64,000 bases of DNA from Candidatus Daviesbacteria bacterium (GCA_027451625.1 DAIDIY010000048.1:26917-90916); one strand, 5' to 3'; shown: positions 46,798 through 57,409, counted from the stretch's first letter. Made by a program: numbers and translations. The notes: generated by a model from the letters alone, not told the origin.

Positions 46798-49110
46798 CTA
46801 ATGATGTCTCGCAGCAGGGGCGCTACCCATTGATGACCTAATCATAGCCCATATAAGTTCGAATAAGACGCCTCTTAAATTTAACCTTGTTGCAAGAATA
46901 TCTAGAGCGATCAATGATTCAAATCCTTTATTCTCAATGACTTTATCCCAGGCATTTCTAATTTCAGTTTCATCAAGTCTCATCTGTCGCCCTCTTTGAG
47001 CAACCATTAAATCCAGAGAAGACATCGAAGGTCTGGCGATATGCATGACGTGCTGACCCTCGTGAGTCTGCTCAAATCCTGCTAAATTAACCAGCATGTT
47101 CCGTATATTGCTAAACTGACCTGCACCTTGGTTAAAAAACAATCCCCCAAATTTAACCATTCCTTCTTCGCTGGGATTTGCTAAATAACCTTCACCTGAC
47201 TCTGCTTGTGACCTTATCTGATCAGGAATCAGAACCCGAGGAGCTAGTTTAAAAGAAGGTCCTTCAATAAGCTTAAAATCAAAAAGTCTAATTCTACCAT
47301 CATCAGATTTAAATGCCGAATTTATTGATGAATCCTCTATTACTTCTTCAATAAAGCTTTTCCTTTCTTTCAGATCATCTGGAGATATATTTAAAGAATT
47401 AAGATCTTCTATACGAAAAATTGTATTTTGTAAAGATAAAGATATACCTGAAGGCCATTTATAATCACCCCCATCCATTCTTCCTTTCACACCAAATATA
47501 GCATAGGTATAATTGGCTGCCATCTCAGCAGGATTCTTTTTACCAGCAACTGCAAACCTTTTTGATAAACTTTTATATAAGTCTTCAGGCAAAAGACTAA
47601 AAAAATCTCTATTATTAAAATCTACACCTTTTACTAATTCATAATACATTCTATATTTTGAATGTCCAGCACGATATCCTAATCTTGCTTTAATATTTAA
47701 ATTTCTAGCAGTATAAGAACCAGTGCCTTCCATCTCTACTCCGTACCAATCTAAGCTTCTTCCTGTATTTAAAAATTTAATCATTTCCTCTTCAGCTTTT
47801 GGATCATTGGGATCAAAAATGCGAGTAACTCCCTTTTCATCCACTCCAACCAATTTTTCATGATAATATTTTCTAAAATCCATCTCCCATTTTCTCTCAG
47901 CTATTCTCATAGCTGACTCTAAAGCAGCTTTCATATAAAATGCATGTCTGCTTTTCTCTTTATCAGATAGGTCTTTATCCGGTCTCCCTTTCTCCCAATT
48001 AGCAAAAACCTCATTTTCTATCTCTTCTCTCATCTTCTCCTTTGCACTGTTATCTTTTTTAATAAAATCTCCAGCATGCCTTTCTAAAGCTTGATAGAAA
48101 TGGAACACTAGAAGAGGTGAATTATTAGTAAGGTCATAATTTTTTTTATTACCTTCCGAATCTTTATAGCTGAACTTATATGCATCAGGAGCATCGACCA
48201 TTAAAAAATTAAGCTGATCATTATATTGTGAACCTATCGCACCGACTATTCCTTGTGTGTCTTTAGCTTGATAAAACTGAACGTACGCTTGATGAAAATG
48301 AAGTCTCCTATAAAATTCTCTATACATTGCATCACCTAAATGCTTCAACCGATAGCGGCGTTCATCATACTCATCATCACTTTCTTCGTTTTGTATAGGT
48401 TCTCCATCAGGACCGGATCTTTCACCAGGCTTAAATTTAGGAACAACCTCTGTTGTTCCTGATCCAATAGATACAGTTTTTTCACCTAGACCGGGAAGTC
48501 TTATCTTTTCTTCTACTTTAAGACTTTGCATAAGAGGTAAAACCAAAATAAATTCATTCAATCTCCTCCTATTAGATTGATCTCCTTCGGGAGCTAGACT
48601 CGACTCAATTTTATTCAATAACTCTCTCATCTCCGCAATTTTTGCCTCATCATCTCTTGGAAGATAGATATCTCGCGGGTAACCCACTTCAGACACAATA
48701 GTAAATCTTTCCCATTCTCCCTCTCTCATCTCCTCTGCAGATTTTGTCGCTTCGGAAGAAATTGACCTCGTAAAAGATTGTGCTAAAGCGGAAGCCTGTT
48801 GTTGTCTTCTAAAAGCTTCTGTCAATCGTAACTGTATCTCACTTTGTGCTTGCTGTTGTATCTGTTGGCGTAAAGCTATATCTGCTTGCATTTGTTGCTC
48901 TGCAGTCATCTCACTCATTCGATTCCGATATTCAGGAGTAGAAGTATGTTGTTGATATAATTGATCCACTCTACTATTTAAACTCCCGAATGCATCAATA
49001 TTTTCAAAAGTTTCAGACTCCTCTCTCCCCACATTCTCTTGAGGATTAGTATGCTCTGCGGGGTTAGGTGGATTCGATTCAGGATTATCCATTGGTCGTT
49101 CTAAAGACAT
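46798..49110 (-). CDS. Large hypothetical protein (770 aa), inverted within the secretion locus
   Basis: Long ORF, SD AAAGGAG, charged helical composition, no recognisable motif. Confidence 0.8.
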   Translation of the reverse strand: MSLERPMDNPESNPPNPAEHTNPQENVGREESETFENIDAFGSLNSRVDQLYQQHTSTPEYRNRMSEMTAEQQMQADIALRQQIQQQAQSEIQLRLTEAFRRQQQASALAQSFTRSISSEATKSAEEMREGEWERFTIVSEVGYPRDIYLPRDDEAKIAEMRELLNKIESSLAPEGDQSNRRRLNEFILVLPLMQSLKVEEKIRLPGLGEKTVSIGSGTTEVVPKFKPGERSGPDGEPIQNEESDDEYDERRYRLKHLGDAMYREFYRRLHFHQAYVQFYQAKDTQGIVGAIGSQYNDQLNFLMVDAPDAYKFSYKDSEGNKKNYDLTNNSPLLVFHFYQALERHAGDFIKKDNSAKEKMREEIENEVFANWEKGRPDKDLSDKEKSRHAFYMKAALESAMRIAERKWEMDFRKYYHEKLVGVDEKGVTRIFDPNDPKAEEEMIKFLNTGRSLDWYGVEMEGTGSYTARNLNIKARLGYRAGHSKYRMYYELVKGVDFNNRDFFSLLPEDLYKSLSKRFAVAGKKNPAEMAANYTYAIFGVKGRMDGGDYKWPSGISLSLQNTIFRIEDLNSLNISPDDLKERKSFIEEVIEDSSINSAFKSDDGRIRLFDFKLIEGPSFKLAPRVLIPDQIRSQAESGEGYLANPSEEGMVKFGGLFFNQGAGQFSNIRNMLVNLAGFEQTHEGQHVMHIARPSMSSLDLMVAQRGRQMRLDETEIRNAWDKVIENKGFESLIALDILATRLNLRGVLFELIWAMIRSSMGSAPAARHH

Positions 49111-49255
49111 AGGCTTATCTCCTTTTACAACAATATTCTTTATAGGATATTATACCATTTTGAGTTAAGCTTAGCCTAATTCAAACTATAATCTCTTTCA
49201 AATTTCTTGTCAATTTTATCTAACCGATTTCTATCAAAAATCTAAAAATAAAAGT

Positions 49256-50629
49256 TTATCTAAATATTTTTTCCATACGTTCTTTTATTTTTACCATTCT
49301 AGCTGCTTCATCATATCTGGTTTGGCATTCTCTACAAATATTGCATTGTGCAACTTCTACACTTTTTTTTCCACAGCCATTAGTACAATCTCCAATTCTC
49401 CATACAAGCTCCGGATGAGAGATGTCTACCACATCATACACAGACCCTCCATTAATAAATGGTAAAATGTTTCGTCTCTCTAGACCAGAGTAATTAGTGA
49501 AAGATCGTCCTTTACTTAATAACTGTCTCTGTCCCCAATCTCCACAAAAATCACCATTAGAGCCGCTGTAAACCATTAATTCCGCTCCAATAAAAGATTC
49601 TTGATACCTTCTTCCTCCTAAGAGCTCTACCTCTCTGTTTTTTTCCAGCCAGTACATAGAAAGAGCTTCTTTAGTTGCGTTAATATATTCTTGACGGACT
49701 TTTGCCTGAAGTTCATCTGGGCTCTGACCGGATTCTATTCGTGACAAAATCCATTCAGCAACAGATGGAGCTGCAAATTCTTTTATTAGCTGATGTAATC
49801 TTTTATCTTGTACAGCTTGAATTGTATCTGCTGACAAGTTAAATATTTTGTTATCCTTTCCTGCTTCGTTTTTTGCCTCACCTAATAGCCTCCAGACTTC
49901 GCCGACGTTAAAATCGTATTTCGTTTTTGCAATTGTGGTCATAGATCTATCAAGGTCAGGTTTAATCTCCGATTCTTTATCTATAAAAAACTCAGTCCCG
50001 ACTTTCTTAAGGAAGATATTAAACGCATCCCTCTGCAAATCCATTTTGAAATCATATACCACCATTCTTCGGGCTTCTCCTTCTCCGTAAATTTTTGCCA
50101 TATAGGCATATCCATAGCTACCGTTATACTTTTGGATAAGAGGGTCTTCCCAATCTTCAGCTTTTAAACTCCCCCAAAACAGCACATTCTCATCTTGGCT
50201 GTTTAGAAACTGATTTCTAACTTCTGTCATTGCTGTCCGGTCCAAACTTCTTCTCCAATCAGAAAATGTACTTAAAACATCTTTTTCTAAAAACAAATAC
50301 TCTGGAGCAGTCATGTACGGTTCTGTTGTTTGTGAATAGCGTGCCTTGATATATGTATGTTGAGGTGGAGTCAATTGAAGTCTTACTCTCGATTCAGTAT
50401 CAAAAATAAAATTACCGTTCTCCTTTTCAGAAGATATTTTTTCAGTTATTAAACCTACCCCATCATTTATAAGAGATGTTCTAACTACATTTCTAGCTCC
50501 GTTTGAACCCAGCTTCTGAACAGCTTCTTGATATAAATGATAGTATCTACTGACGTCAAAGACTCTCAGGTCTGAAGTTGATGTATAAGTGTGTTGAAAA
50601 TCAGCTAAAGATGATAAAGTTCGTTCCAT
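49256..50629 (-). CDS. Hypothetical protein with a C-terminal Cys cluster (putative zinc ribbon), downstream of a cobalamin riboswitch
   Basis: 457-aa ORF, SD AGGAG, GDCTNGC...QCNICREC. Confidence 0.8.
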   Translation of the reverse strand: MERTLSSLADFQHTYTSTSDLRVFDVSRYYHLYQEAVQKLGSNGARNVVRTSLINDGVGLITEKISSEKENGNFIFDTESRVRLQLTPPQHTYIKARYSQTTEPYMTAPEYLFLEKDVLSTFSDWRRSLDRTAMTEVRNQFLNSQDENVLFWGSLKAEDWEDPLIQKYNGSYGYAYMAKIYGEGEARRMVVYDFKMDLQRDAFNIFLKKVGTEFFIDKESEIKPDLDRSMTTIAKTKYDFNVGEVWRLLGEAKNEAGKDNKIFNLSADTIQAVQDKRLHQLIKEFAAPSVAEWILSRIESGQSPDELQAKVRQEYINATKEALSMYWLEKNREVELLGGRRYQESFIGAELMVYSGSNGDFCGDWGQRQLLSKGRSFTNYSGLERRNILPFINGGSVYDVVDISHPELVWRIGDCTNGCGKKSVEVAQCNICRECQTRYDEAARMVKIKERMEKIFR

Positions 50630-50710
50630 GCTTTCTCCTGCTCGGGATATAAATATCTTTAGAAAACTTCCAGCACAAAATTTTAATCTTCTATCTTTGT
50701 TTTCTAAAAA

Positions 50711-50831
50711 TGATGGTCGGTCTCCGGACTTATCAAAATAAATTGAATTACCGTTGCGGCACAGTTCTCGAATTACACGAGATTCCCTTCTTTGAATCTT
50801 ATCTGTTGTCTACAGACGATTCACCACAACT
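50711..50831 (-). promoter_or_regulatory. Cobalamin (B12) riboswitch, compact class II-like
   Basis: Minus strand GGTG...AAGGGAA-TCTCG(TGTAATT)CGAGA-ACTGT(GCCGCA)ACGGT-AA-short P6-AAGTCCGGAGACCGACC (B12 box). Confidence 0.88.
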
Positions 50832-50988
50832 GAAATTTACTCCAACTTTTTTTGAAAAACAAGAGGGTAAACACGTTCATACTAACTTGCTAAGTTGTAC
50901 ATCCAAATAAGTCTTATTAATGAGTAATTGATCTACTTTGAACTTCTTGTCACGTATTTTTTCACGCTGTATAAAGATGGAGTAAAGT

Positions 50989-52146
50989 ATGGATGCACAT
51001 CCTGTCCCACAAAATGTGACTTCTTTTGAGTTCCACCTGGTTGGAGATATGACTCTAAAGCAATTTGGATATCTTGCAACGGGGTTAATTATTGCCTATA
51101 TCACATTCTTATTTTTTTTTAATAACCTTCCGTATGTAGCAACTCCAATTATTGCTATCTCTGCTGGATTAGGAGCAGCTTTTGCCTTTTTGCCCATCTA
51201 TAATCGTCCTTTAGATCACTGGGTAAACGTCTTCTTTCATGCTATATTCTCTCCTACCCAGAGAGCATGGAGAACCCCAACAGACAAACCAATACCAAAT
51301 GACCTAAGAGCTGAATTAATTAAAAACCGCCTTCATCTTTTTATGCAAAGCACTGCCATACCCCAATCCTCCTATGGAACACCATTTCCTTCTAACTCTG
51401 CATCTATTAATTTAAGACGTCTACCTATAAATACCCACCCAAACTTAAATTTTCCTTCACACCCTAACTCTTCTAATAAACCTGAACCATCTCAAAATCA
51501 AACCTTAAAACCGACTAAAACAGGCTCGACAACCTCTAAGATGCCTACCCCTGAGGAACTAAACCACTTAGTAGAAATGGCCCGACAGACCCAAATGCTT
51601 CAGAGTAAAACTCTCGAATTGGAAAAAGAGCTCTCCCAACTTAAGTCTTTGCTTGCATTACAATCTACAAAAGGATCTTCTCCTGTTCAGCTGTCACAAA
51701 CAGGATCAGTAGTTCAGCAAGCTGGATCACAATTAAATCAATTGCAAAAACAGGCCATACAAGTTGCACAGCAAAAAGTTCAACCTCCAATCCCTAACCC
51801 AACTCCTCCTGCTAAACCCCCTAAAGTCGTGATAATAGAGCCTCCAAAACAAACAAAAACAGTAATTGCCTTAACATCGCTACCCAATATTATTAACGGT
51901 ATTATTACAGATACAGTCGGAAATTATCTCGAAAATGTAATTGTCATAATTCATAATCAGGATAACCTACCAGTCAGGGCTTTAAAAACCAATAAACTTG
52001 GCCAGTTCACAGGAGCCACGCCGTTACCTTCTGGTGTTTACACTATTACAATGGAAAAGGAAGGATTTGATTTTGACACATTACAAATAACTCTAAACAA
52101 CCAGATTGTTCCACCAATTAAAGTTACGGCAAAAAAAGGAGGTTAA
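50989..52146 (+). CDS. PrgI (VirB3-like) family protein with a C-terminal carboxypeptidase-regulatory-like domain
   Basis: HPVPQNVTSFEFHLVGDMTLKQF, two TMs, RPLDHW; C-terminal RALKTNKLGQF..LPSGVYTI. Confidence 0.85.
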   Translation: MDAHPVPQNVTSFEFHLVGDMTLKQFGYLATGLIIAYITFLFFFNNLPYVATPIIAISAGLGAAFAFLPIYNRPLDHWVNVFFHAIFSPTQRAWRTPTDKPIPNDLRAELIKNRLHLFMQSTAIPQSSYGTPFPSNSASINLRRLPINTHPNLNFPSHPNSSNKPEPSQNQTLKPTKTGSTTSKMPTPEELNHLVEMARQTQMLQSKTLELEKELSQLKSLLALQSTKGSSPVQLSQTGSVVQQAGSQLNQLQKQAIQVAQQKVQPPIPNPTPPAKPPKVVIIEPPKQTKTVIALTSLPNIINGIITDTVGNYLENVIVIIHNQDNLPVRALKTNKLGQFTGATPLPSGVYTITMEKEGFDFDTLQITLNNQIVPPIKVTAKKGG

Positions 52147-53136
52147 ATGTTCTCTACTCAACAAGCTATATTAATCGAGGACATTAAAGATGATCTAATA
52201 TTTTTAAAAGATGGCGGCGCATCCTTAATTCTCAATACTACTGCTGTTAATTTCGGTTTACTTTTTGAGACAGAGCAAATGGCTATTATCGATGCTTTCG
52301 CTCAACTGTTAAACTCTCTTTCATTCCCAATACAAATTGTTATTCGCTCAAAAAAAATGGATATCTCTTCATACCTTAGCACACTTGAGAGAGCTTTAAA
52401 GTCACAAACTAACCAACTCCTCGCTCAACTAACTCTAGATTACCGGAATTTTGTTGAAGGATTAATTAAGGAAAACGATGTACTCGATAAACAATTCTAT
52501 GTTTGCCTTTATGTTTCAGCAATCGAAATGGGAATTTTACCTAAACAACAAACTGATAGGAGTAGAAAAGCTAAAGCAATGCTAGAAACAAGAAGAGATT
52601 TAATATTAAGGCAACTGAACAGAATTGGGCTCAAAGCGAGACAGCTTGCAACAGCTGAGTTAATTAATCTCTTTTATGATATCTATAACCCAGATAATTG
52701 GTACTTCTCCACTGATGACGAAAGTGTAGTCGATCCTGAAGCAGAAAGAAAAGAAAACGAATTACAAACGTCAACTCCCAACATACCTTCACAACTCAAA
52801 CGAATTGTTCCTCAAACACCTATTGTTCAACACACACTTCAAAGTAACCTCCAATTAAGACCGATACCTCAACTCGTTCAACATCAATCACATCTAGAAC
52901 CTAGATCTCCACTACAACAAAATTCTACCCCTCTTTCTCAAAACAACCCACAAGCTACAAATATATTTCAAAAACCTCAAATTCCATTTCAAATACCAGT
53001 TAATGGGCCTACAGTAAATCCTTTACCTCCAATAAAACAAAATCCACCAAATAGCCAACAGCCATCGCAGAACAATTCGATAAATAGGGCCTCTCCGTTT
53101 ATAGTTGAAGAACTAAAAGATGACTTTGGATCCTAA
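52147..53136 (+). CDS. VirB4/TraC N-terminal-like protein
   Basis: IEDIKDDLIFLKDGG, VNFGLL..EQ, LNSLSFPIQIVIRS; Pro/Gln-rich tail. Confidence 0.75.
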   Translation: MFSTQQAILIEDIKDDLIFLKDGGASLILNTTAVNFGLLFETEQMAIIDAFAQLLNSLSFPIQIVIRSKKMDISSYLSTLERALKSQTNQLLAQLTLDYRNFVEGLIKENDVLDKQFYVCLYVSAIEMGILPKQQTDRSRKAKAMLETRRDLILRQLNRIGLKARQLATAELINLFYDIYNPDNWYFSTDDESVVDPEAERKENELQTSTPNIPSQLKRIVPQTPIVQHTLQSNLQLRPIPQLVQHQSHLEPRSPLQQNSTPLSQNNPQATNIFQKPQIPFQIPVNGPTVNPLPPIKQNPPNSQQPSQNNSINRASPFIVEELKDDFGS

Positions 53137-54850
53137 ACCTAAAATAGATCTTACATTGCAAGATGTCGTTGCCCCTGCTGAATGGGAGGTAGATTTTTCA
53201 CACCTACGGATCAATCAAACTCTTTTTAGAAGCTTTATAGTTACTTCATATCCAAGATTCGTTGATCCAAATTGGTTAGAACCACTAATTGCGTTTGACC
53301 ATTCACTTACCATTTCTATGTTTATTTATCCAACTAACTCCGCTGGTGTTATGGATGACTTAAAAAGAAAAATTGCAGAGATGGAGGCAACTCTCCAATC
53401 AGATTTAGATAGAGGCAGAGCTGTTGATCCGTCTGTTGAAGTTGCCTTAGAAGACGCAGAAGCTCTACAAGACCAATTGGCAAGAGGTACAGAGAGATTC
53501 TTTCAATATTCTTTGTATGTAACAGTACCTGCAAAAAATAAAACTGAACTTAATAACATATCACAGCTTGTAACATCAACTTTGAGAAGCATTTCAATTA
53601 CGGCATATCCATCTGTTTTGGAAATGGAAGATGGTTTCAAGTCAACTCTTCCAGTAGGAGAAGATATGCTATATGTTCCTCATAATATGGATACCACTTC
53701 TTTAGCCACTACGTTTCCATTTACTTCCTCTGAATTAACATCGCCCCAAGGAGTAGTTTATGGAATTAATGAGCATAATGATTCCTTAATAATCTTTGAT
53801 AGATTCAGCCAAGAAAATGCTAATTCAACAATTCTTGCTACCTCTGGAGCTGGAAAATCGTATCTGGTCAAACTAGAAACACTGCGATCTCTAATGTTAG
53901 GTACAGAGGTCATTGTTATTGATCCTGAGCGTGAATACTTAAAACTTGCTCAAGCTGTCGGAGGAGATTATATAAATTTCTCCACGAACTCTCCCATAAA
54001 GATTAATCCATTTGATCTTCCAGAAGTCGCAGACCAAGGAGAAAACGAACTGGGGAGAAAGATACTGTCATTAAGTGGCTTCCTAAAACTAGTATTAGGA
54101 GAACTTACCCCCCAAGAGTCAGCCATTTTAGATCGAGCTTTAAATACTACATATAGAATTAAAGGTATTACTGAAGATACTAGAACACAAATGGGAAAAA
54201 AGGATACTGAAATGCCACTAATGGAAGATCTATATAAAGTACTTTTGGGCATGGAGGATCAAGTATCAACAGGACTGGCGGTCCGACTTGAAAGATTCAT
54301 CAGAGGATCGCTTGCGGGAATTTTCTCTGCTCCATCAAATTTAAGAATTTCCAACCTACTGACAATCTTTTCTGTCCGTGATTTACCAGAACAACTTCGG
54401 CCTCTAGCAATGCATCTAATTTTAGATTACATTTGGACTAAGATTAGGAAGGAACAAAAAAAGCGGATATTGGTTGTTGATGAAGCATGGTATCTGATGA
54501 AATATCCTGACTCTGCCAGCTTTCTAGTTGAAATGGTAAAAAGGGCTAGAAAGTATTTTCTTGGAGTAACTACAATCAGCCAGGATGTTGAAGATTTCTT
54601 AGAAAGAGATCATGGAAAAGAGGTTATCTCAAACTCATCAATGCAAGTTTTACTTAAACAAGCGCCTGCATCAATTGAAAGGATAGGTGAAACATTCAAT
54701 CTCTCTCAAGGAGAAAAAAGGCTATTACTTTCATCTGGAGTCGGACAGGGCTTATTTTTTGCTGGTAATACTCATGTCGCGATGAGAGTAGTTGCTTCTC
54801 CAAAGGAACACCAATTAGTTACAACTAATCCCACTGAATATCAAAACTAA
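53120..54850 (+). CDS. VirB4-like secretion ATPase
   Basis: YGINEHN, IIFDRF, ATSGAGKS Walker A, IDPEREY, LVVDEAW Walker B, KRARKY, ISQDVEDF. Confidence 0.9.
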   Translation: MTLDPKPKIDLTLQDVVAPAEWEVDFSHLRINQTLFRSFIVTSYPRFVDPNWLEPLIAFDHSLTISMFIYPTNSAGVMDDLKRKIAEMEATLQSDLDRGRAVDPSVEVALEDAEALQDQLARGTERFFQYSLYVTVPAKNKTELNNISQLVTSTLRSISITAYPSVLEMEDGFKSTLPVGEDMLYVPHNMDTTSLATTFPFTSSELTSPQGVVYGINEHNDSLIIFDRFSQENANSTILATSGAGKSYLVKLETLRSLMLGTEVIVIDPEREYLKLAQAVGGDYINFSTNSPIKINPFDLPEVADQGENELGRKILSLSGFLKLVLGELTPQESAILDRALNTTYRIKGITEDTRTQMGKKDTEMPLMEDLYKVLLGMEDQVSTGLAVRLERFIRGSLAGIFSAPSNLRISNLLTIFSVRDLPEQLRPLAMHLILDYIWTKIRKEQKKRILVVDEAWYLMKYPDSASFLVEMVKRARKYFLGVTTISQDVEDFLERDHGKEVISNSSMQVLLKQAPASIERIGETFNLSQGEKRLLLSSGVGQGLFFAGNTHVAMRVVASPKEHQLVTTNPTEYQN

Positions 54851-54855
54851 ACAAC

Positions 54856-57387
54856 ATGGCTCAAGATACGGAACAAAAGCAAGATCTTTCAGACTTAGAG
54901 CAAGCCTTAAGTTGTGTAAACCCCTTTCGTCGTAAAACTTTACAAGTACTCTACAAATCACATCCTAAAACATATCAAAAGATAATTGAACAAACAATTA
55001 AGATTTTAATTAAAAATGAACCTTCTTTAAAAAATATTTTTGAATATTTACATAAACAGGAAAATGGTAATGAAATCTTTTTAAATCATCTTTACAAAGA
55101 TAATTTCTACTACACAAATCTTTGGAAAAAAGCTCATCCCGACCTGACTAGTCAGGGGGTTATAAATAATAAAATTGAAGAAATAAATAAAACAGCCATC
55201 GCAACTCGAGAACAAAAACAAAAGGTTTTGTCCGAAAAAAGTGTTTTTGAACCTCTCAATATCCAAAATGAGGTAAAAAATACAGATACAAAGAAAAATG
55301 TTCAGACAGAAAAAGAAGAAACATCGAAGGCCAGCCGACCTCCATCTCAACCCGAAAAAATTTTGTCTGGATCTAAAAAAACAACTCTTCCTAATGCTGC
55401 TTTCCCTCCTTATTCAGCAGCTCCTATAACTAACCCCGTTAACCAAACCTCAGATTCCCTTATAGACTCATCAAAAATTTCTCCCTCGGAAGATAAGATA
55501 TCCAGAGAAGCTAATATTAATATAGTCCCAATAGACCTTCAGGAAATAACCGTTCCAAAGGTTGCCCCATTAATTTCTTCTACTAAAAAAGTTGCTGGGT
55601 CCTCAGTTACCAAAAACATTCTTTCCAATGCAGCTATCTTAATAAAAAAAACAGTTGGTAAGATTTTGATCCCTGAAAACATTATTTATTTGCCCGCTGT
55701 TTTAGCCAGCGCTGCTGTAGGTGGAGCAGCTGCACCTATTATAGGTATCTCTCCAGCTGTTGGTATGGCCCTTGGCGGAGGTGCAGGCGCTACTATTATT
55801 CCGCAAGGTACTAAACGAGGTTGGTTTAACAACACCCTTAATATGGCTTTAAACTTTATACCGGGACCGGAGGGGACAGCAATTAATCTGGGAAGAAGAG
55901 TCTTAGGTAGCAGACTCGGAGTCAAGCAAGTTGCTCAAAAAGGTCTGATTGCATTTTTTAGTACTCCTCTTGGATGGGGAACTATTGGAGTTATTATTTT
56001 TTTATTTATCGTTATCTTAATTACCCAACAGAGCTCTGCCATGCTTCCTCCTTACCAGGTAGAAGGAATTTCTGAAGTCTCTGTGGCAAATTCCACACCA
56101 GGAGCTTCACTATCTCCAACAAACACTCCTGGCAGCGGAGAATCTCCAATTGGTTATGCTATACCCATAAGAGATACATCTGTTATTCCAAATACAAGTA
56201 ACACAATCGCACAAGCTGTTCAAAGTCTTTGTGGTGGTCAAGGGTATGGTGAGCCTCACTTGGAACTTTGGCAAGACCTCATTCAAGCAAGTGTTGATAA
56301 GGGTTGGAATCCATCATTTGTATCTGCGCTATGGATAGAAGAAACAGGTGCTCAATGTCCTGCTGTATATGACGATGCAGTAGGGTGTGGAAATGATCCA
56401 AATAAAAGTTCTCCTGATGCAAAAAAACGATTATTTAATTATGCTCTACCTTGTTTAGATAGTTTTTTTACTAATTGGTTTCCGAGAGGTTATAGTAATG
56501 ATCAGTTTCAAAAATTTATGTGTATTTATGCTGATGGCCCTAGCGGGTATCCGGCATGTAACTCCTCAAAATATACTGGGTTTATTTCTAGAGTAAGTTA
56601 TTGGTATACAAAACTATCTGGAAATAATTCTAGTATATCTCCTACCCCCACAACAGAATCTATCCCAAACGATATTACAGGGAAAATAAACACTATAAAT
56701 CAGCAATTTCATATCGATTTTAGTAAGTTTGATTTTCAGAGTGCGGGGTTAACTACATCTCAATATAACCAAGATCTTCAATGGGCCTGGGCGGATTTAA
56801 ATCTTGCAAAACAAGTTGCTCCTAAATTTGATACACTTCTTGGAAATGTACAGATAGAACTAGGATCCCTGCCGTATAATTACAGGAGCGGCCAAACTGT
56901 TAACTTCTCTAAAAACTACTATTTCTTCACTACAGAAAATTTTTTCAAACAGAATTTCATTCACGAGTTAACCCATGTTATAAACGATGGCCAACCTGGA
57001 AAATATGGAGTCGATTTATGGAACCAAGCCATCACAAAAGAAGGATACATTAGTCAATACTCTTCCGCTGCCACCCCTGGAGATGTTTCTCAAATTTGTA
57101 CATATAGTTATCCATTAGCAGATGAAGAACAATATATGTCAGCTGGAAACACAAACCCAAACGATACAATCCTTCAATACATTGATGCAAGAGACGACGA
57201 GGATTTCTCAGAATCTGTAGCTTATTATATTACCAGCTTTTATGATCCTCCTATTGTAGAAATGCCTTATGGTAACAGCGCTACAAGTCCTTCCTGTGCA
57301 GGTGTAGAAAATTCTACCAATCCGTTTACTGGTGGAGGGCACCCCTACCATACAGAATTTATAAAAAAGATATTAGGCGGGCAGTAA
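54856..57387 (+). CDS. Membrane-anchored multidomain protein with lysozyme-like and zincin metallopeptidase motifs
   Basis: Gly-rich hydrophobic segments, TM, GWNPSFVSALWIEETG, FIHELTH...ISQYS...EDFSESVAYY. Confidence 0.65.
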   Translation: MAQDTEQKQDLSDLEQALSCVNPFRRKTLQVLYKSHPKTYQKIIEQTIKILIKNEPSLKNIFEYLHKQENGNEIFLNHLYKDNFYYTNLWKKAHPDLTSQGVINNKIEEINKTAIATREQKQKVLSEKSVFEPLNIQNEVKNTDTKKNVQTEKEETSKASRPPSQPEKILSGSKKTTLPNAAFPPYSAAPITNPVNQTSDSLIDSSKISPSEDKISREANINIVPIDLQEITVPKVAPLISSTKKVAGSSVTKNILSNAAILIKKTVGKILIPENIIYLPAVLASAAVGGAAAPIIGISPAVGMALGGGAGATIIPQGTKRGWFNNTLNMALNFIPGPEGTAINLGRRVLGSRLGVKQVAQKGLIAFFSTPLGWGTIGVIIFLFIVILITQQSSAMLPPYQVEGISEVSVANSTPGASLSPTNTPGSGESPIGYAIPIRDTSVIPNTSNTIAQAVQSLCGGQGYGEPHLELWQDLIQASVDKGWNPSFVSALWIEETGAQCPAVYDDAVGCGNDPNKSSPDAKKRLFNYALPCLDSFFTNWFPRGYSNDQFQKFMCIYADGPSGYPACNSSKYTGFISRVSYWYTKLSGNNSSISPTPTTESIPNDITGKINTINQQFHIDFSKFDFQSAGLTTSQYNQDLQWAWADLNLAKQVAPKFDTLLGNVQIELGSLPYNYRSGQTVNFSKNYYFFTTENFFKQNFIHELTHVINDGQPGKYGVDLWNQAITKEGYISQYSSAATPGDVSQICTYSYPLADEEQYMSAGNTNPNDTILQYIDARDDEDFSESVAYYITSFYDPPIVEMPYGNSATSPSCAGVENSTNPFTGGGHPYHTEFIKKILGGQ

Positions 57388-57409
57388 ATTATTTGTTAAT
57401 ATAATAATT

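Noticed and set aside
50710-50910. 66-aa ORF on the + strand
   Set aside because: Antisense shadow of the cobalamin riboswitch with no protein features
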